Shown: piece by piece, positions 48,776 through 59,900 of the stretch
Position numbering within the stretch: position 1 is the stretch's first letter
Layout of the letters: each line of letters opens with the position of its first letter
NCBI GenBank assembly: GCA_943789355.1
Contig: CALSTU010000001.1
Span: forward strand, 107,118 to 171,117
Length of the DNA: 64,000 bases
Origin: an uncultured Flavobacteriales bacterium
GTDB taxonomy: Bacteria > Bacteroidota > Bacteroidia > Flavobacteriales > UBA7430
Direction of reading: 5' to 3'
Made by a program: the position numbers and the translations under genes
The notes under the pieces: generated by a model
Database searches by the model: none
What the model was told of the DNA's origin: nothing
The model's input: the letters and a program-made list of their open reading frames with translations, nothing else

Positions 48776-51601
48776 ATGTCAAACCAGCAAGAGTACATTA
48801 AAGTTGAAGGAGCAAAAGTTCACAACCTTAAAAACATTGATGTCAAAATACCTAGAGACAAACTTGTAGTCATCACTGGACTCAGTGGTAGTGGTAAATC
48901 ATCTCTTGCATTTGACACTATTTACGCAGAAGGGCAGCGCAGATACATAGAAACCTTCTCTGCGTATGCTCGACAATTTCTTGGGGGCCTAGAACGACCT
49001 GATGTAGATAAGATTGATGGACTTAGCCCAGTCATCTCCATAGAACAGAAAACCACAAATAAAAACCCACGTTCCACCGTAGGCACAATCACTGAAATTT
49101 ACGACTTTCTTCGCCTACTGTTTGCTCGCATATCTTATGCATACTCCTATAAGTCAGGAGAAAAAATGATCAGTTATACCCTAGAGCAAATTAAAAACCT
49201 CATTCTTGAATCCTACTCCAACCAAAAAATTCTTCTTTTGGCTCCAGTCGTAAAAGCACGAAAAGGTCATTACAGAGATTTGTTGGAACAAATCCAAAAA
49301 CAAGGGTTCATTAAAGTTCGAATTGATGGAGAAATCCAAAACATCATGCCGAACATGAAGCTAGACCGATACAAAAATCACGATATAGAAATTGTAATTG
49401 ATCGTTTACACATCAAAGGAGATGTCGAAAAAAGACTCAAAGAATCTCTGGAGGTAGCCTTAAAATATGGCAAGGGCATTATGCAAGTATTCGCTCCTGA
49501 ACAAGATGAAATTAGATACTTCAGTAAAAATTTAATGTGCCCTACAAGTGGGATTGCATACGATGACCCTGAACCGAATAACTTCTCATTCAATTCTCCA
49601 AAGGGAGCATGTAAAACGTGTAATGGCCTGGGAATCGAAATGAAAATTGATGAAGACAAAATATTTCCAGATCGAAATCTATCTATTGAAAGAGGAGGTT
49701 TGGCACCTTTAGCAGACCGCAAAAGTCCTTGGATTCACAAACAACTCACACTGATTTCAAAGCGGTATAAGTTTGACCTGAAAGACCCTATAAAATCTAT
49801 TCCATCCACAGCAATGGATGTCATCTTAAACGGATCTGAAGAGAGTTTCAAGATCTCAAACAAAACACTTGGAATTACTCAAGACTATAAAATTAATTTC
49901 GAGGGCATATCAAACTTCATCAGCTACCAATACCACCATGCAGATTCGAACAGCCTGAAACGGTGGGCTAAAAATTACATGCTTCAGAAGAAATGCTCGA
50001 AATGTTCTGGGAATCGATTAAAAAAGGAGTCTCTTCATTTTAAAATCGATGGTAAAAATATTTCTGATTTAGCTCACATGGACGTTTCGGAACTCTATGA
50101 GTTTTTCGATCGTTTTGAAAACACATTGGACGAACGTCAAAGAACCATTGGCCATGAAATTATAAAAGAACTAAAGACGCGATTGAAATTTCTTCTTGAT
50201 GTTGGCCTAGACTATCTTAACCTCAATAGGAGCTCAAAATCATTATCAGGGGGAGAAGCGCAAAGAATTCGTTTGGCTACTCAAATTGGTTCACAATTGG
50301 TTGGTGTTCTCTACATCTTGGATGAACCTAGTATTGGCCTTCATCAAAAAGACAATACTCGACTTATTAAATCACTCCAAAACTTACGAGATATCGGAAA
50401 CTCTGTTTTGGTGGTAGAACACGATAAAGAAATGATTGAATGTGCCGATCACGTCCTTGACATTGGCCCAGGCGCTGGTAGGTACGGAGGAGAAGTTGTT
50501 TGTGAGGGAACACCCCTTGAAATTATGAAAAAACAAACACTTACCACCCAATACCTCAATGGCGAAAAAGAAATTAGCATTCCAAAAATACGAAGAGAAG
50601 GAAACGGGAAATCCATTCTTTTAAAAGGAGCGGAAGGCAACAATCTTAAAAATGTAGACTTAGTCCTCCCTCTGGGTAAACTGGTTTGTGTTACGGGAGT
50701 TTCGGGGAGTGGTAAATCAACTTTAATTAACGAAACCCTCTACCCTATTTTAAATACTCATTTTTTTAGGGCTTTAAAAAAACCTTTACCCTATAAGAGC
50801 GTAAGCGGTCTTGAGCACATTGACAAAGTGATTGACATTGATCAATCACCAATTGGACGAACACCCAGATCTAACCCAGCCACCTACACTGGGGTGTTGA
50901 GTGAAATTCGTAAAATATTTTCCGAAGTTCCTGAAGCTAAGATAAGAGCTTACAAACCGGGTAGGTTTTCTTTCAATGTAAAAGGAGGACGCTGTGAAAC
51001 TTGTGAAGGTGGTGGTATGCGTGTAATCGAAATGAATTTCTTACCCGACGTTCACGTGTTATGTGAAACGTGTAATGGAAAACGTTTCAATAGAGAAACA
51101 CTAGAAATCCGATACAAAGGGAAGTCTATCTCTGACGTTCTTATGATGACCATCAATCAAGCTGTTGTTTTTTTTGAACCCATACCTAAAATCTTCAGAA
51201 AGATTAAAACTCTTCAAGATGTTGGTCTTGGCTACATTACTTTGGGACAACAATCCACAACTTTATCTGGTGGTGAAGCACAACGCGTAAAACTCGCTAC
51301 TGAGTTGAGTAAACGAGATACCGGAAATACGCTTTTCATTTTAGATGAGCCTACTACAGGGCTTCATTTTGAAGATATTCGTGTTTTGATGGAAGTCCTA
51401 AACAAGCTGGTAGAAAAAGGAAACACAGTACTCATCATTGAACACAATATGGATGTAATAAAATTAGCCGATCACATCATTGATTTAGGACCAGAGGGTG
51501 GGAAAAAAGGAGGTATGATATTGTGTGAAGGAAAACCTGAAGAACTCCTAGAAAACAAGAACAGCCACACAATAAGATACCTTAAATCAGAATTTAATTA
51601 A
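48776..51601 (+). CDS. uvrA: Excinuclease ABC subunit A
   Basis: Two ABC modules (GLSGSGKSS and GVSGSGKST; LSGGEAQR twice) and zinc-finger cysteines. 941 aa. Confidence 0.98.
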   Translation: MSNQQEYIKVEGAKVHNLKNIDVKIPRDKLVVITGLSGSGKSSLAFDTIYAEGQRRYIETFSAYARQFLGGLERPDVDKIDGLSPVISIEQKTTNKNPRSTVGTITEIYDFLRLLFARISYAYSYKSGEKMISYTLEQIKNLILESYSNQKILLLAPVVKARKGHYRDLLEQIQKQGFIKVRIDGEIQNIMPNMKLDRYKNHDIEIVIDRLHIKGDVEKRLKESLEVALKYGKGIMQVFAPEQDEIRYFSKNLMCPTSGIAYDDPEPNNFSFNSPKGACKTCNGLGIEMKIDEDKIFPDRNLSIERGGLAPLADRKSPWIHKQLTLISKRYKFDLKDPIKSIPSTAMDVILNGSEESFKISNKTLGITQDYKINFEGISNFISYQYHHADSNSLKRWAKNYMLQKKCSKCSGNRLKKESLHFKIDGKNISDLAHMDVSELYEFFDRFENTLDERQRTIGHEIIKELKTRLKFLLDVGLDYLNLNRSSKSLSGGEAQRIRLATQIGSQLVGVLYILDEPSIGLHQKDNTRLIKSLQNLRDIGNSVLVVEHDKEMIECADHVLDIGPGAGRYGGEVVCEGTPLEIMKKQTLTTQYLNGEKEISIPKIRREGNGKSILLKGAEGNNLKNVDLVLPLGKLVCVTGVSGSGKSTLINETLYPILNTHFFRALKKPLPYKSVSGLEHIDKVIDIDQSPIGRTPRSNPATYTGVLSEIRKIFSEVPEAKIRAYKPGRFSFNVKGGRCETCEGGGMRVIEMNFLPDVHVLCETCNGKRFNRETLEIRYKGKSISDVLMMTINQAVVFFEPIPKIFRKIKTLQDVGLGYITLGQQSTTLSGGEAQRVKLATELSKRDTGNTLFILDEPTTGLHFEDIRVLMEVLNKLVEKGNTVLIIEHNMDVIKLADHIIDLGPEGGKKGGMILCEGKPEELLENKNSHTIRYLKSEFN

Positions 51602-51621
51602 CACAACATTATTCGATTTTA

Positions 51622-52008
51622 CTACTTCTGTTCTAAAAGCCAATGTTTAGCTTTCTCAATATCTGCAAATGAACGGATCTCAAAATTGGGTTTATTTATG
51701 CCTAAAAAGAAATTTGCTATCAATTGAGACAAGGAACTATGTACCAGCATGGCACACGCCTTATGTGCATCAACCATACGACTTGTGTTTACAAATTTTC
51801 TTGAAGCCTTATCCATTCCTACCAAGTTTTTAAAATGCACCAAGAGCAAAACTCCTTCTCCACTTACATTCATCTCCTCCACCCCTTCTAAATGCTCTAT
51901 GATACTTTCTATCGTATGTCTTGTCTTCACTGGGAATCTTAAGTGTAAGATTCCATCATCCTCTAAAGTTAACAATTCATTACTTGTACTAACTTCTCTA
52001 TTCATCAT
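51622..52008 (-). CDS. Small SpoIIAA-like/STAS-fold-like protein (DUF-type), downstream of a PAS histidine kinase
   Basis: 128 aa. The pattern ...LHLRF...LLLVHFKNLVGMDKASRKF...ACAMLVHSSLSQLIANFFLGINKP..EIRSFADIEKAKHWL resembles STAS/SEC14-like DUF proteins. Assignment made by eye only. Confidence 0.4.
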   Translation of the reverse strand: MMNREVSTSNELLTLEDDGILHLRFPVKTRHTIESIIEHLEGVEEMNVSGEGVLLLVHFKNLVGMDKASRKFVNTSRMVDAHKACAMLVHSSLSQLIANFFLGINKPNFEIRSFADIEKAKHWLLEQK

Positions 52009-52017
52009 CTTGGTTGT

Positions 52018-53100
52018 TTAATTGATTGGAAAAAACATTTGAACAAGGGTCCCCTCGTTCTCCTTTGAAAAAACATCTATTGTACCGTTATGAAGCTCTA
52101 TCAATCTTTTTGATATGGAGAGCCCGAGACCTGTAGATTTCTCCCCTTCAGTCCCTGGTCTTTTCGATGAGGTAAATACATCAAATACAAAGGGCAATGA
52201 TTCTTCAGAAATCCCAACTCCCTGATCAGAGATGCATATGATCAAGCCCTTATCCGTTCTCTCTAGATAGACCGTTATGCTACCTCCGGAATTACTGAAC
52301 TTTATTGAATTCGATATGAGGTTCGTTAGAATTTGAGAAAACCTCAACGAATCCATTGAAAATAAAGTCTGTGTATGGGGTGTCTGAATCGTGATATTTT
52401 TAATTGCTATTTCGGTAGAAAATGATTCGGCAACAAAATGCACGCGCTCCTCTACAATAAACTCGGTAATATGAAGCTTAATATATGCCACATCTGTTTG
52501 GATATAAGACAACAAATCCTCCATAAGTATTAATGTTTCTTGACAATGGCTAACGATTCGATTCATATCCATAACAGGTAGTTCCTTTTTCTTAGATCTG
52601 AGAAAAGACTCCACAAGAATCTTAACTCCAGAAATCGGAGTTCGTAAATCATGTGCCAACATCTTCACCACATCACCTTGAACTTTATATAAATTATTGA
52701 GTCTCAATTCCTCCTCCTTTCTCTGAGTCACATCAGCAGAGATCCCTACCATGTGAGTAACGACACCATCATTATTGATTACTGGAATAAATTTCCCATA
52801 CAACCAACAAATGTGCTCATTCGACTTGAGAATTCTAAAATCAAAATCTGTGGGGATTTTTTTATTTAATGAGGTTACAAATGCTCTAATAAGCATCCTC
52901 TTATCTTTGGGATGGATTACCTTTTTAAAAAACAAATATGGATCTGATGACAGAAATTCTTTATGTACGCCAAAGGTCTCATAAGTATCATTGATGTGTA
53001 AGATTTTCAAATCCATTCCATCAACATTGGTAACAAAAACAACATGGTCAATGTTATCAAAAATAACATCAAGCATTTGGTAAGTACTTATCTGTCTCAT
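52018..53100 (-). CDS. Cytoplasmic PAS-domain sensor histidine kinase
   Basis: PAS region, H-box MLAHDLRTPISG, N-box NLISNSIKFS, and G-boxes DQGVGI and GLGLSISKRLIELHNG. No TM helix. I preferred the ATG at 53100 over the upstream TTG at 53133. Confidence 0.85.
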   Translation of the reverse strand: MRQISTYQMLDVIFDNIDHVVFVTNVDGMDLKILHINDTYETFGVHKEFLSSDPYLFFKKVIHPKDKRMLIRAFVTSLNKKIPTDFDFRILKSNEHICWLYGKFIPVINNDGVVTHMVGISADVTQRKEEELRLNNLYKVQGDVVKMLAHDLRTPISGVKILVESFLRSKKKELPVMDMNRIVSHCQETLILMEDLLSYIQTDVAYIKLHITEFIVEERVHFVAESFSTEIAIKNITIQTPHTQTLFSMDSLRFSQILTNLISNSIKFSNSGGSITVYLERTDKGLIICISDQGVGISEESLPFVFDVFTSSKRPGTEGEKSTGLGLSISKRLIELHNGTIDVFSKENEGTLVQMFFPIN

Positions 53101-53511
53101 TCTATATATTATTAAATTACAAGAGCTGATCAACCAACAAAAACCCCATGGATTTATATACCACCCATTACTAGATCACCCATTCAAATATTAAAAAAGT
53201 GCATCAGATTTCGACAATGCTTATACACCAGCAAGCCGGGGTTTATTAATCATAAAAAATAATGAGGGAGAACAACATATTGAATCCATCATACTAACAT
53301 TAAAAATAATTTATTAAAATAATCAATAACACATTACATTACAGTCACTTGTAAATATATAAATTCTTTCGAGAGCAAAAAGGATTCACAAGTCAAATCC
53401 CATACAATAAATTCAAAATCAAGAATTTCCTGCTAAAAATATAGCGGGTTTGATCTCATCTTTAGTACATATTTAAGAACATTCCAAAACGTAACCCTGA
53501 GACATTGGAAC

Positions 53512-53519
53512 TTATTTTT
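53512..53519 (+). promoter_or_regulatory. Candidate -7 box (TATTTTTG) for plsY
   Basis: Exact TAnnTTTG match 57 nt upstream of the plsY ATG at 53577. Confidence 0.35.
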
Positions 53520-53576
53520 GGTGTCATATCACAAAATTATAGAATAAAGTATAAATTGCGAGCCTTAAGAAATTAC

Positions 53577-54212
53577 ATGGATTACTTGTTTTTTTTATGT
53601 GCCTATTTAATTGGATCAATTCCCAGTTCAGTGTGGATAGGGAAAAAATTCTACGACATTGATGTGCGCGAACACGGAAGTGGTAATGCCGGTGCAACAA
53701 ATAGTTTTAGAATTTTAGGTAAACGTGTTGGCAGCATCGTTTTATTCATAGACATTTTCAAAGCCTGGTTCTCAACCTATGCATTGAGCTACATAGCAAA
53801 CGACCAATCGATTGAAAACATGTTAGGACTCGGAATGGTTGCTGTACTTGGACATATCTTCCCGGTATACATTGGCTTTAGAGGAGGCAAAGGAATTGCA
53901 AGTTTGCTTGGCGTGATCATTGCCGTACAACCAGTGGCAGCACTTTTTTCCATCATTGCATTTCTTACATCACTTGTTTTAAGTCGATATGTATCTTTAA
54001 GTTCCATCCTTGCTGCTTGTACATTTCCTTCCACCATCATCTTTTATATAAACAGTGACAACAATGCGCTCATATCATTTTCTATCATGGTGTGTATTCT
54101 TGTTCTTTTTACTCACAAAAAGAATATTGATCGACTCTTTAAAAGAGAAGAATCTAAAGTAAATCTTCCGAAGAAAATTTTCAAAAGAAAATTAAAAAGA
54201 AAGCGAAATTAA
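53577..54212 (+). CDS. plsY: Glycerol-3-phosphate acyltransferase PlsY
   Basis: YLIGSIPSS, GSGNAGATN, and FRGGKG. The start is set at MDYLFF...; the upstream part of the ORF-track ORF has no PlsY-like sequence. The C-terminal tail is Lys/Arg-rich. Confidence 0.92.
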   Translation: MDYLFFLCAYLIGSIPSSVWIGKKFYDIDVREHGSGNAGATNSFRILGKRVGSIVLFIDIFKAWFSTYALSYIANDQSIENMLGLGMVAVLGHIFPVYIGFRGGKGIASLLGVIIAVQPVAALFSIIAFLTSLVLSRYVSLSSILAACTFPSTIIFYINSDNNALISFSIMVCILVLFTHKKNIDRLFKREESKVNLPKKIFKRKLKRKRN

Positions 54213-54246
54213 ATTTTACTTACCCTGTAAATTTCAAAAGCTTTCC

Positions 54247-54254
54247 TATATTTG
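54247..54254 (+). promoter_or_regulatory. -7 box (TATATTTG) for tRNA-Arg
   Basis: Exact TAnnTTTG match ending 15 nt before the mature tRNA 5' end. Confidence 0.55.
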
Positions 54255-54269
54255 CATCCGTATTAAAAT

Positions 54270-54343
54270 GGCCCCGTAGCTCAACTGGATAGAGTATCAC
54301 ACTACGAATGTGACGGTTGCAGGTTCGAATCTTGCCGGGGTCA
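54270..54343 (+). tRNA. tRNA-Arg (anticodon ACG)
   Basis: Hand-folded cloverleaf: acceptor ggccccg/cggggtc, D arm gctc-aactggata-gagt, anticodon arm tcaca-ctACGaa-tgtga, variable loop cggtt, T arm gcagg-ttcgaat-cttgc, discriminator A. No encoded CCA. Confidence 0.93.
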
Positions 54344-54349
54344 CTCAAG

Positions 54350-54389
54350 CGGAGAATTGGTTAACAAAAACCAAATCTCCGTTTTTTTT
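54350..54389 (+). terminator. Intrinsic terminator after tRNA-Arg
   Basis: cggagaattggtt / aaccaaatctccg stem with one mismatch, followed by T8. Confidence 0.85.
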
Positions 54390-54683
54390 ATTCCCCTCAA
54401 CTTATTTACTATTTCACATACAAGAAAAGACAGAATTCAAGCTTCTGATACGAATTTATCATTTGACTGTCTTGAACAAATCCAGACGGAAATACTAAAT
54501 TTTGAATTTTCATTTATTGACCTAAATCCTAAAAAGACTATGTCTTATTGAGATTTGATGATTATAACAAATTTAGTTTTGATTAAATTGGTTTGTTGTT
54601 GGGAATGAGCAACACATAAACCAAACAAATATTATTTTTCTAGATAACTATTGTGACTTTTCTTTAGGTTGAGCATTTTCATT

Positions 54684-55415
54684 TTAATGAGGCTTAACAT
54701 TTACGTATAATGTGTCAGCATTTATACCGGTAAATATTCCAAACGCATTTTCAAGCTCAGTCGGTGGGTTCGTAATATTTTGTGAAGTGTCATCACTATC
54801 TTCATAAAGTACTGCTAAATCAGGATTTATATGAAATAATATGATTCGATGTTTACCATAATATGAAAAACGCCTAGTATTCATTGAATAATAATCTGAT
54901 TGAGTTGGCGCTAAATTAAACGATTGATTAATAGATGACACATTGCTGTTATCATAAATTGAAGTAGGGTTTGACTCCATGTTTTCTATCAATAAAAAGT
55001 AGTATGAGCCATCTGTATTATCCCAGGAAAGTTCTAATGCATCGGGATCATTGCCTGTAAAGACATCATCGCTAACTTTAACAATAGAATCAGATAAATA
55101 TAAGTTCACTGGTTTTTCAGGCACAGTTGTTATGGATGAAACTAGCAAATTGTTGTAGAAGAATTCAAGTTCAAAAGTACTATATTCAGTAATATCAATA
55201 TTAGAGTGTGTATATTTACCATCACCTATTGAAATAAGGTCATAATAGAAATTTCCATCAAAAACTCTCACAGATAACGAATCTAAATTATCTGACGAAT
55301 TTACCGCATTGTTTGAGTAAAGAACCTGCCGTGAAATTTTAATTTCTAGTGGTTGACCAGCAAAAAGATATCCTTCAACAACCGGTATATCTTCAAAATC
55401 TGGGTTGATATTTTC
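54684..55415 (-). pseudogene. DUF4249-like lipoprotein gene lacking its 5' end (no signal peptide, no ATG)
   Basis: The frame stays open upstream of the ORF-track GTG (55271): ...ENINPDFEDIPVVEGYLFAGQPLEIKISRQVLYS...SLSVRVFDGNFYYDL..GDGKYTH. It runs back to an in-frame stop at 55416-55418. The VVEG...P..I.IS / V.V.D....Y.L...GDG.Y pattern is typical of DUF4249. Confidence 0.5.
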
Positions 55416-56066
55416 TTAAGTACGATTATTACCTTCTCAACGATCAGGCGTAAAAGAGAACAAGCCGAGGCAGAGGCGAAAATTGCAAGACATGAAGCTG
55501 AATCTAAGTTTCTTCGGTCACAGATTAATCCTCATTTTATGTTCAATAATCTCAATAACATTTACACCTTGGCTCAGCTAAAATCAGATAAAACTCCTGA
55601 TGCAATACTTCGCTTGTCTGACTTATTGAGGTATGTACTTTACGATTCTGAGAGGAAAATTGTGAATCTATCGCAAGAATTAGATTATTTAAGTCAGTTC
55701 ATAGACTTAAGTCTACTCAAAGATGAAGATCGAACGAATGTCAAAGTCGATCTAAAGCCATGTCAATCAGATTTACAAATTGCACCTTTAATTCTCATTC
55801 CCTTTGTGGAAAATGCATTTAAACACAGTAACGTTGAGGACAAGCAAGATGGGTTTATTCATATCTCCTCATCTTGTCATGAAACCCGAATTACTTTGGT
55901 CATCGAAAATTCCGTATCGAAAGAAGAACAAAAAAACCATATATCAGGAGTAGGCCTCGAAAATGTAAAACGTAGATTGGATTTAATATACCCTAATAAA
56001 CATGTATTAAATGTGATTAAATCGGAAGATAAATACCATGTTTCACTTGAAATTGAATTGGTATGA
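55353..56066 (+). CDS. LytS/YehU-type histidine kinase, cytoplasmic part only (apparently 5'-truncated; only a TTG start)
   Basis: QINPHFMFNNLNNIY (His_kinase domain) plus a GHKL ATPase region (IPFVENAFKHS ... GVGLENVKRRL). The usual N-terminal multi-TM sensor is absent. The first ~64 nt are antisense to the DUF4249-like frame. Confidence 0.6.
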   Translation: MTSKKISFNNRYIFKIWVDIFLSTIITFSTIRRKREQAEAEAKIARHEAESKFLRSQINPHFMFNNLNNIYTLAQLKSDKTPDAILRLSDLLRYVLYDSERKIVNLSQELDYLSQFIDLSLLKDEDRTNVKVDLKPCQSDLQIAPLILIPFVENAFKHSNVEDKQDGFIHISSSCHETRITLVIENSVSKEEQKNHISGVGLENVKRRLDLIYPNKHVLNVIKSEDKYHVSLEIELV

Positions 56067-56737
56067 AATTTCGATGCCTAATTGTAGATGACGAACAGTT
56101 AGCCCGGGAGCTAATTGAAATGTACTGTAATAAAACGCCAGGATTAGAGGTGGTTGGATTATGCAAAAACACTCAAGAAGCCATGGCAGTGATGAGCAAA
56201 GAGAAAATTGACATTCTCTTTTTAGACATCCAAATGCCTGACTTAAGTGGTGTTGATTTCGCTAAAACACTGATAGATAGTCCAAATATCATTTTCACCA
56301 CAGCATATAATAACTACGCGATAGATGGATTTGAACTAGATGCAGTTGACTATCTGTTAAAACCAATTGCATACAATCGATTTTTAAAGGCAATTCAAAA
56401 GGTAAGCCTTCGATCTCCAAAAAAAACCTCAAATACTCACATACATATAAAAGCTGATCACAAAGTTCATAGGATAAAATTCAACGATATATTATACATT
56501 GAAGGTTTAAGGGAATATGTGACTATTTACACCAAAGAGAAAAAATTAATTACCCTCGAATCATTAAAAAAACTTGAAGAGATTTTACCATCAAGTTTCA
56601 AAAGAGTTCATAAATCATTCATTGTAAATACCAAATTCATAGACTCTATATGGGGCAACCAGCTGGAGGTAGGTAAGACCAAAATACCTATTGGTAAAAG
56701 TTATAAGAAAGTAGTTTTAAAATTATTCGAAAATTAA
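56063..56737 (+). CDS. LytTR-family response regulator
   Basis: Receiver domain (LIVDDE, LFLDIQMPDLSG, KP) plus a LytTR DNA-binding domain. ATGA overlap with the kinase stop. Confidence 0.93.
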   Translation: MKFRCLIVDDEQLARELIEMYCNKTPGLEVVGLCKNTQEAMAVMSKEKIDILFLDIQMPDLSGVDFAKTLIDSPNIIFTTAYNNYAIDGFELDAVDYLLKPIAYNRFLKAIQKVSLRSPKKTSNTHIHIKADHKVHRIKFNDILYIEGLREYVTIYTKEKKLITLESLKKLEEILPSSFKRVHKSFIVNTKFIDSIWGNQLEVGKTKIPIGKSYKKVVLKLFEN

Positions 56738-56972
56738 TAAGTTCGAAAAAATCATTTTTTTTGAAAAAGTTCAAACCGATAATTTCAAAAAAGTATTGTT
56801 CCATGTTCTATTATTAAATAGATGAAGTATTAAACATGACAATTTAACACAAGGCTACCTTGATGATCTCAAACAATCACATGTATTTAATGCCATGAAG
56901 TGTTACATATAAATTGGTGCTTTTTCAACACAGTCTTTACCCTTTCAATACCAAATATCCAAACTCATACGA

Positions 56973-59900
56973 TTAATCATTTGGTAAATATTTCAGAACA
57001 TCTTCATTTAAAACCTTTATTTGATACCCGCGACTCGGATGCATATCACCAATACCATTAAAGCCCATTGACGGAAGATATGCAGAACCTGAATAATCTT
57101 TAACAATCACTAAGTTTCCTAAGTCATTAATGTCTGAGAATACAGATGCAGCATCAGATGGCCCCAATTTTAAGTAACCTATCAAATTCCAGCCCGGACT
57201 TAATGTTATTGGATAATCATTTGGGATGGCGTAATCTCCAAATATCTCTAGAGATGCTTCAGTAGTAGTTTTTATCTGGTAGCCTTGACCCACTTGAAGA
57301 TCACCCACACCATTAAAGTTCCACTCTTTCAAATAAGCAGCCCCATTGAAGTCCTTAATGATGATTACATCATCAACTATTGGAGATACTACAGATGCCA
57401 GATCCATGTCTTCTGCAATCATGTAGGTAGAAAACATAGACCAACCAATTGGAATAGCAATCATCTGTCTCGTGGGACTGAGCTGATCGAAACCCTGATC
57501 GTTTGCAGCATTAGGACTTCCATTCACATTGATACAAGCCCAACTTTCGGGCAAATCGTTGTCTAAGTCGGGTGAAACTAATTCTAATGTGTAACCTGTT
57601 TCGTCTGCACAGATTGGCCAAGGATTTACAGATTGATAGTCTACAATGTCTTGTAAGGTTCCATTTTGATTATAAAGCCGAACAGCATCGGAGCCTCCAT
57701 AACCAAAGTTCAAATCTCCTACATACGGAATACCTGGTAAAACAGACCTGAAATCAGTTTCTTTTTTAACAATCACAAGGTAGCCTTCAGCATCAATTTT
57801 CGTTCCATCAGGAATTACAAAAACATGCGTATCGTCATCATCTTTTATTTGCCAGTTAGAAACGTCTATTGAAGATGTATTTGGGTTATAGAGTTCAATC
57901 CAATCGTCTGCGTCAAATGTGGCAATAGATTTGTAATTGATCTCGTTAATTACAAGAGGATATGTTGTTTCTGTGGGAGTGAAATTGGGAATGACTTCAA
58001 AAGATTCCGTAAGTAATACTTCTATGGTTTTATCGATGGAATATAAGTCCCCGCTCCAATGAGAAAATTCGTATCCAAACGCTGCTGTTGCCATTAACTT
58101 TACAGGTACGGTTTCAAAATAATCACCCGTCCAGGTTTCATCTTGAATATTCAGATTTTCATTAACCTCAACGAAACCTTGTTTGATGTCAGGGTTTGTA
58201 ATGGCAAGTGGATGGAAGTTTGGGAGATTAAATTGCTGCTTGATATGTTCTTTAGCAATGGGATGCCTGTTAGTCCCAAAACTTTTCATGTTGGTTACAT
58301 AATAATCAACATGCGCGTTGATGTCGGTTATTTCATAACCTAACAAAGGATCATCTTTCCAGCGAGTGTAATGCGTAAGCACTTCGGGTTCAATCGTTGA
58401 GTAAATTTGATCAATATGATTGATCACATTGTCTGGTAAAAACCGAGTATTTAATTCATCAGCATAGCGATTAATGAACTGATTTCTAAACCCATTATTT
58501 GCAATCAGCTTTCTAAATAATAACGTTGACCAAGGTGGGTTTGGCCATCCTGGCCCATTGGGATTTAAAGCGAAGCTAAGGGTGTTATCATAATGGTTGG
58601 AAATATTCCAAAACGGCCCAAAACCAAAATCAGTATCGTACATAATCCAACGCCATTTGGTGTCTGGGTGTTTCCAAAACTTAATATTGTTTCCTGGCCA
58701 ATCCTGATTGTTTATAAATATATTCGTTGCTTGGTAAAGTGTGTAATTTTTAAGATCTATTCTATCCTTGATGAATTCAAAATTAGAATCCTCTGATAAA
58801 TCTGTATTTTCAATGTAGGCGATTAGCTCATTATATTCATCATTACTCCCCTCTATAACTTCTGCATTATTGGTCAAAAGTGTAATACTTTCAGCATCAA
58901 CATTGTGTTTAGAGGCCAACATATGCTCGTTAATCTTTTCACGCATGTTGTACATTCCCCAATAGGCTCCATTAATGTATGTGGCAACAGGATTGTGGTC
59001 TTGAAAATCCAAATCCGACCCGCGCATTAGGCTGGTGATCATGATATCCTTCATGCTCGACCTCATCCAATCTTGACCAGAATTCCTAAGGGTAAACGCC
59101 TCAAAGTCGTTGTAAGCTACGTTATCAAAAAAAGAGTGTTCAAATTTTGAATCGCCGTATTGTCCCCTTGCAAAAAATGAAAGTGAGCGTTGACTGTTTT
59201 GACCCCTACTCCAGCCTCCAAAAATCTTAACTCCTGCATTAAACTCAACAAATTCATCATTGTCATTTTCATAAAACGAAAAGTGAACTGGACGCTCCCA
59301 ATCTTCCCAGAAATTTGCACCAAAATAAGGTACGTCGGTCTGATAAGTTCCCTCGGGACCAAAAACATAAATTCCAGAATCTTCGTCAAAAAAATCAATC
59401 GGATCAACACTTAACAGCAAAACATCAATCTCATGATTAGAATCAAAAATGTAGGACTCAGTGAAAACTGGTGAGGGCAGATAATTATCTGAATATATTT
59501 GGGCTCTAACGCTTAGATTGGTTGAAATTTGAATCGGAGATGTATAAATCTGTGACAATGCGTTAGGGGCACTTCCATCTGTCGTGTAACGAATTAGCTG
59601 AGAAAAATCATTTCCTGAAAGAGAAAGATTTACAGGGGCATCTTTAAAACCTCCATTTTCAGAAAAAACAAGCTCATTTTGAACTGTTCCCAAGAATTCT
59701 TCGTCAGCATTTTGATCGGCGGGGGTCGTTTCTATATAATTAACCATGTTTCCAGAAGTGTTTGACACTCCAATTGATACATCTGGTGGTAATCCTTCAA
59801 TTAATAATTGATCAATAATGTTTCCTAAATTATCTGAAAGCGTTAGGGTTTCTGCATTCTTTGAAATTTTAAAATTTGTATGAAAGGTGTTTTTTTCGTT

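Noticed and set aside
53134-53576. Possible RNase P RNA, tmRNA, SRP RNA or 6S RNA in the long non-coding gap
   Set aside because: None of the invariant signature sequences (for example GAGGAAAGUCC for RNase P) is present on either strand. The gap is retained only as a low-interest observation.
54310-54551. Two ~62-aa plus-strand ORFs downstream of and overlapping tRNA-Arg
   Set aside because: They start inside the tRNA and read through its intrinsic terminator. They are not credible coding sequences.
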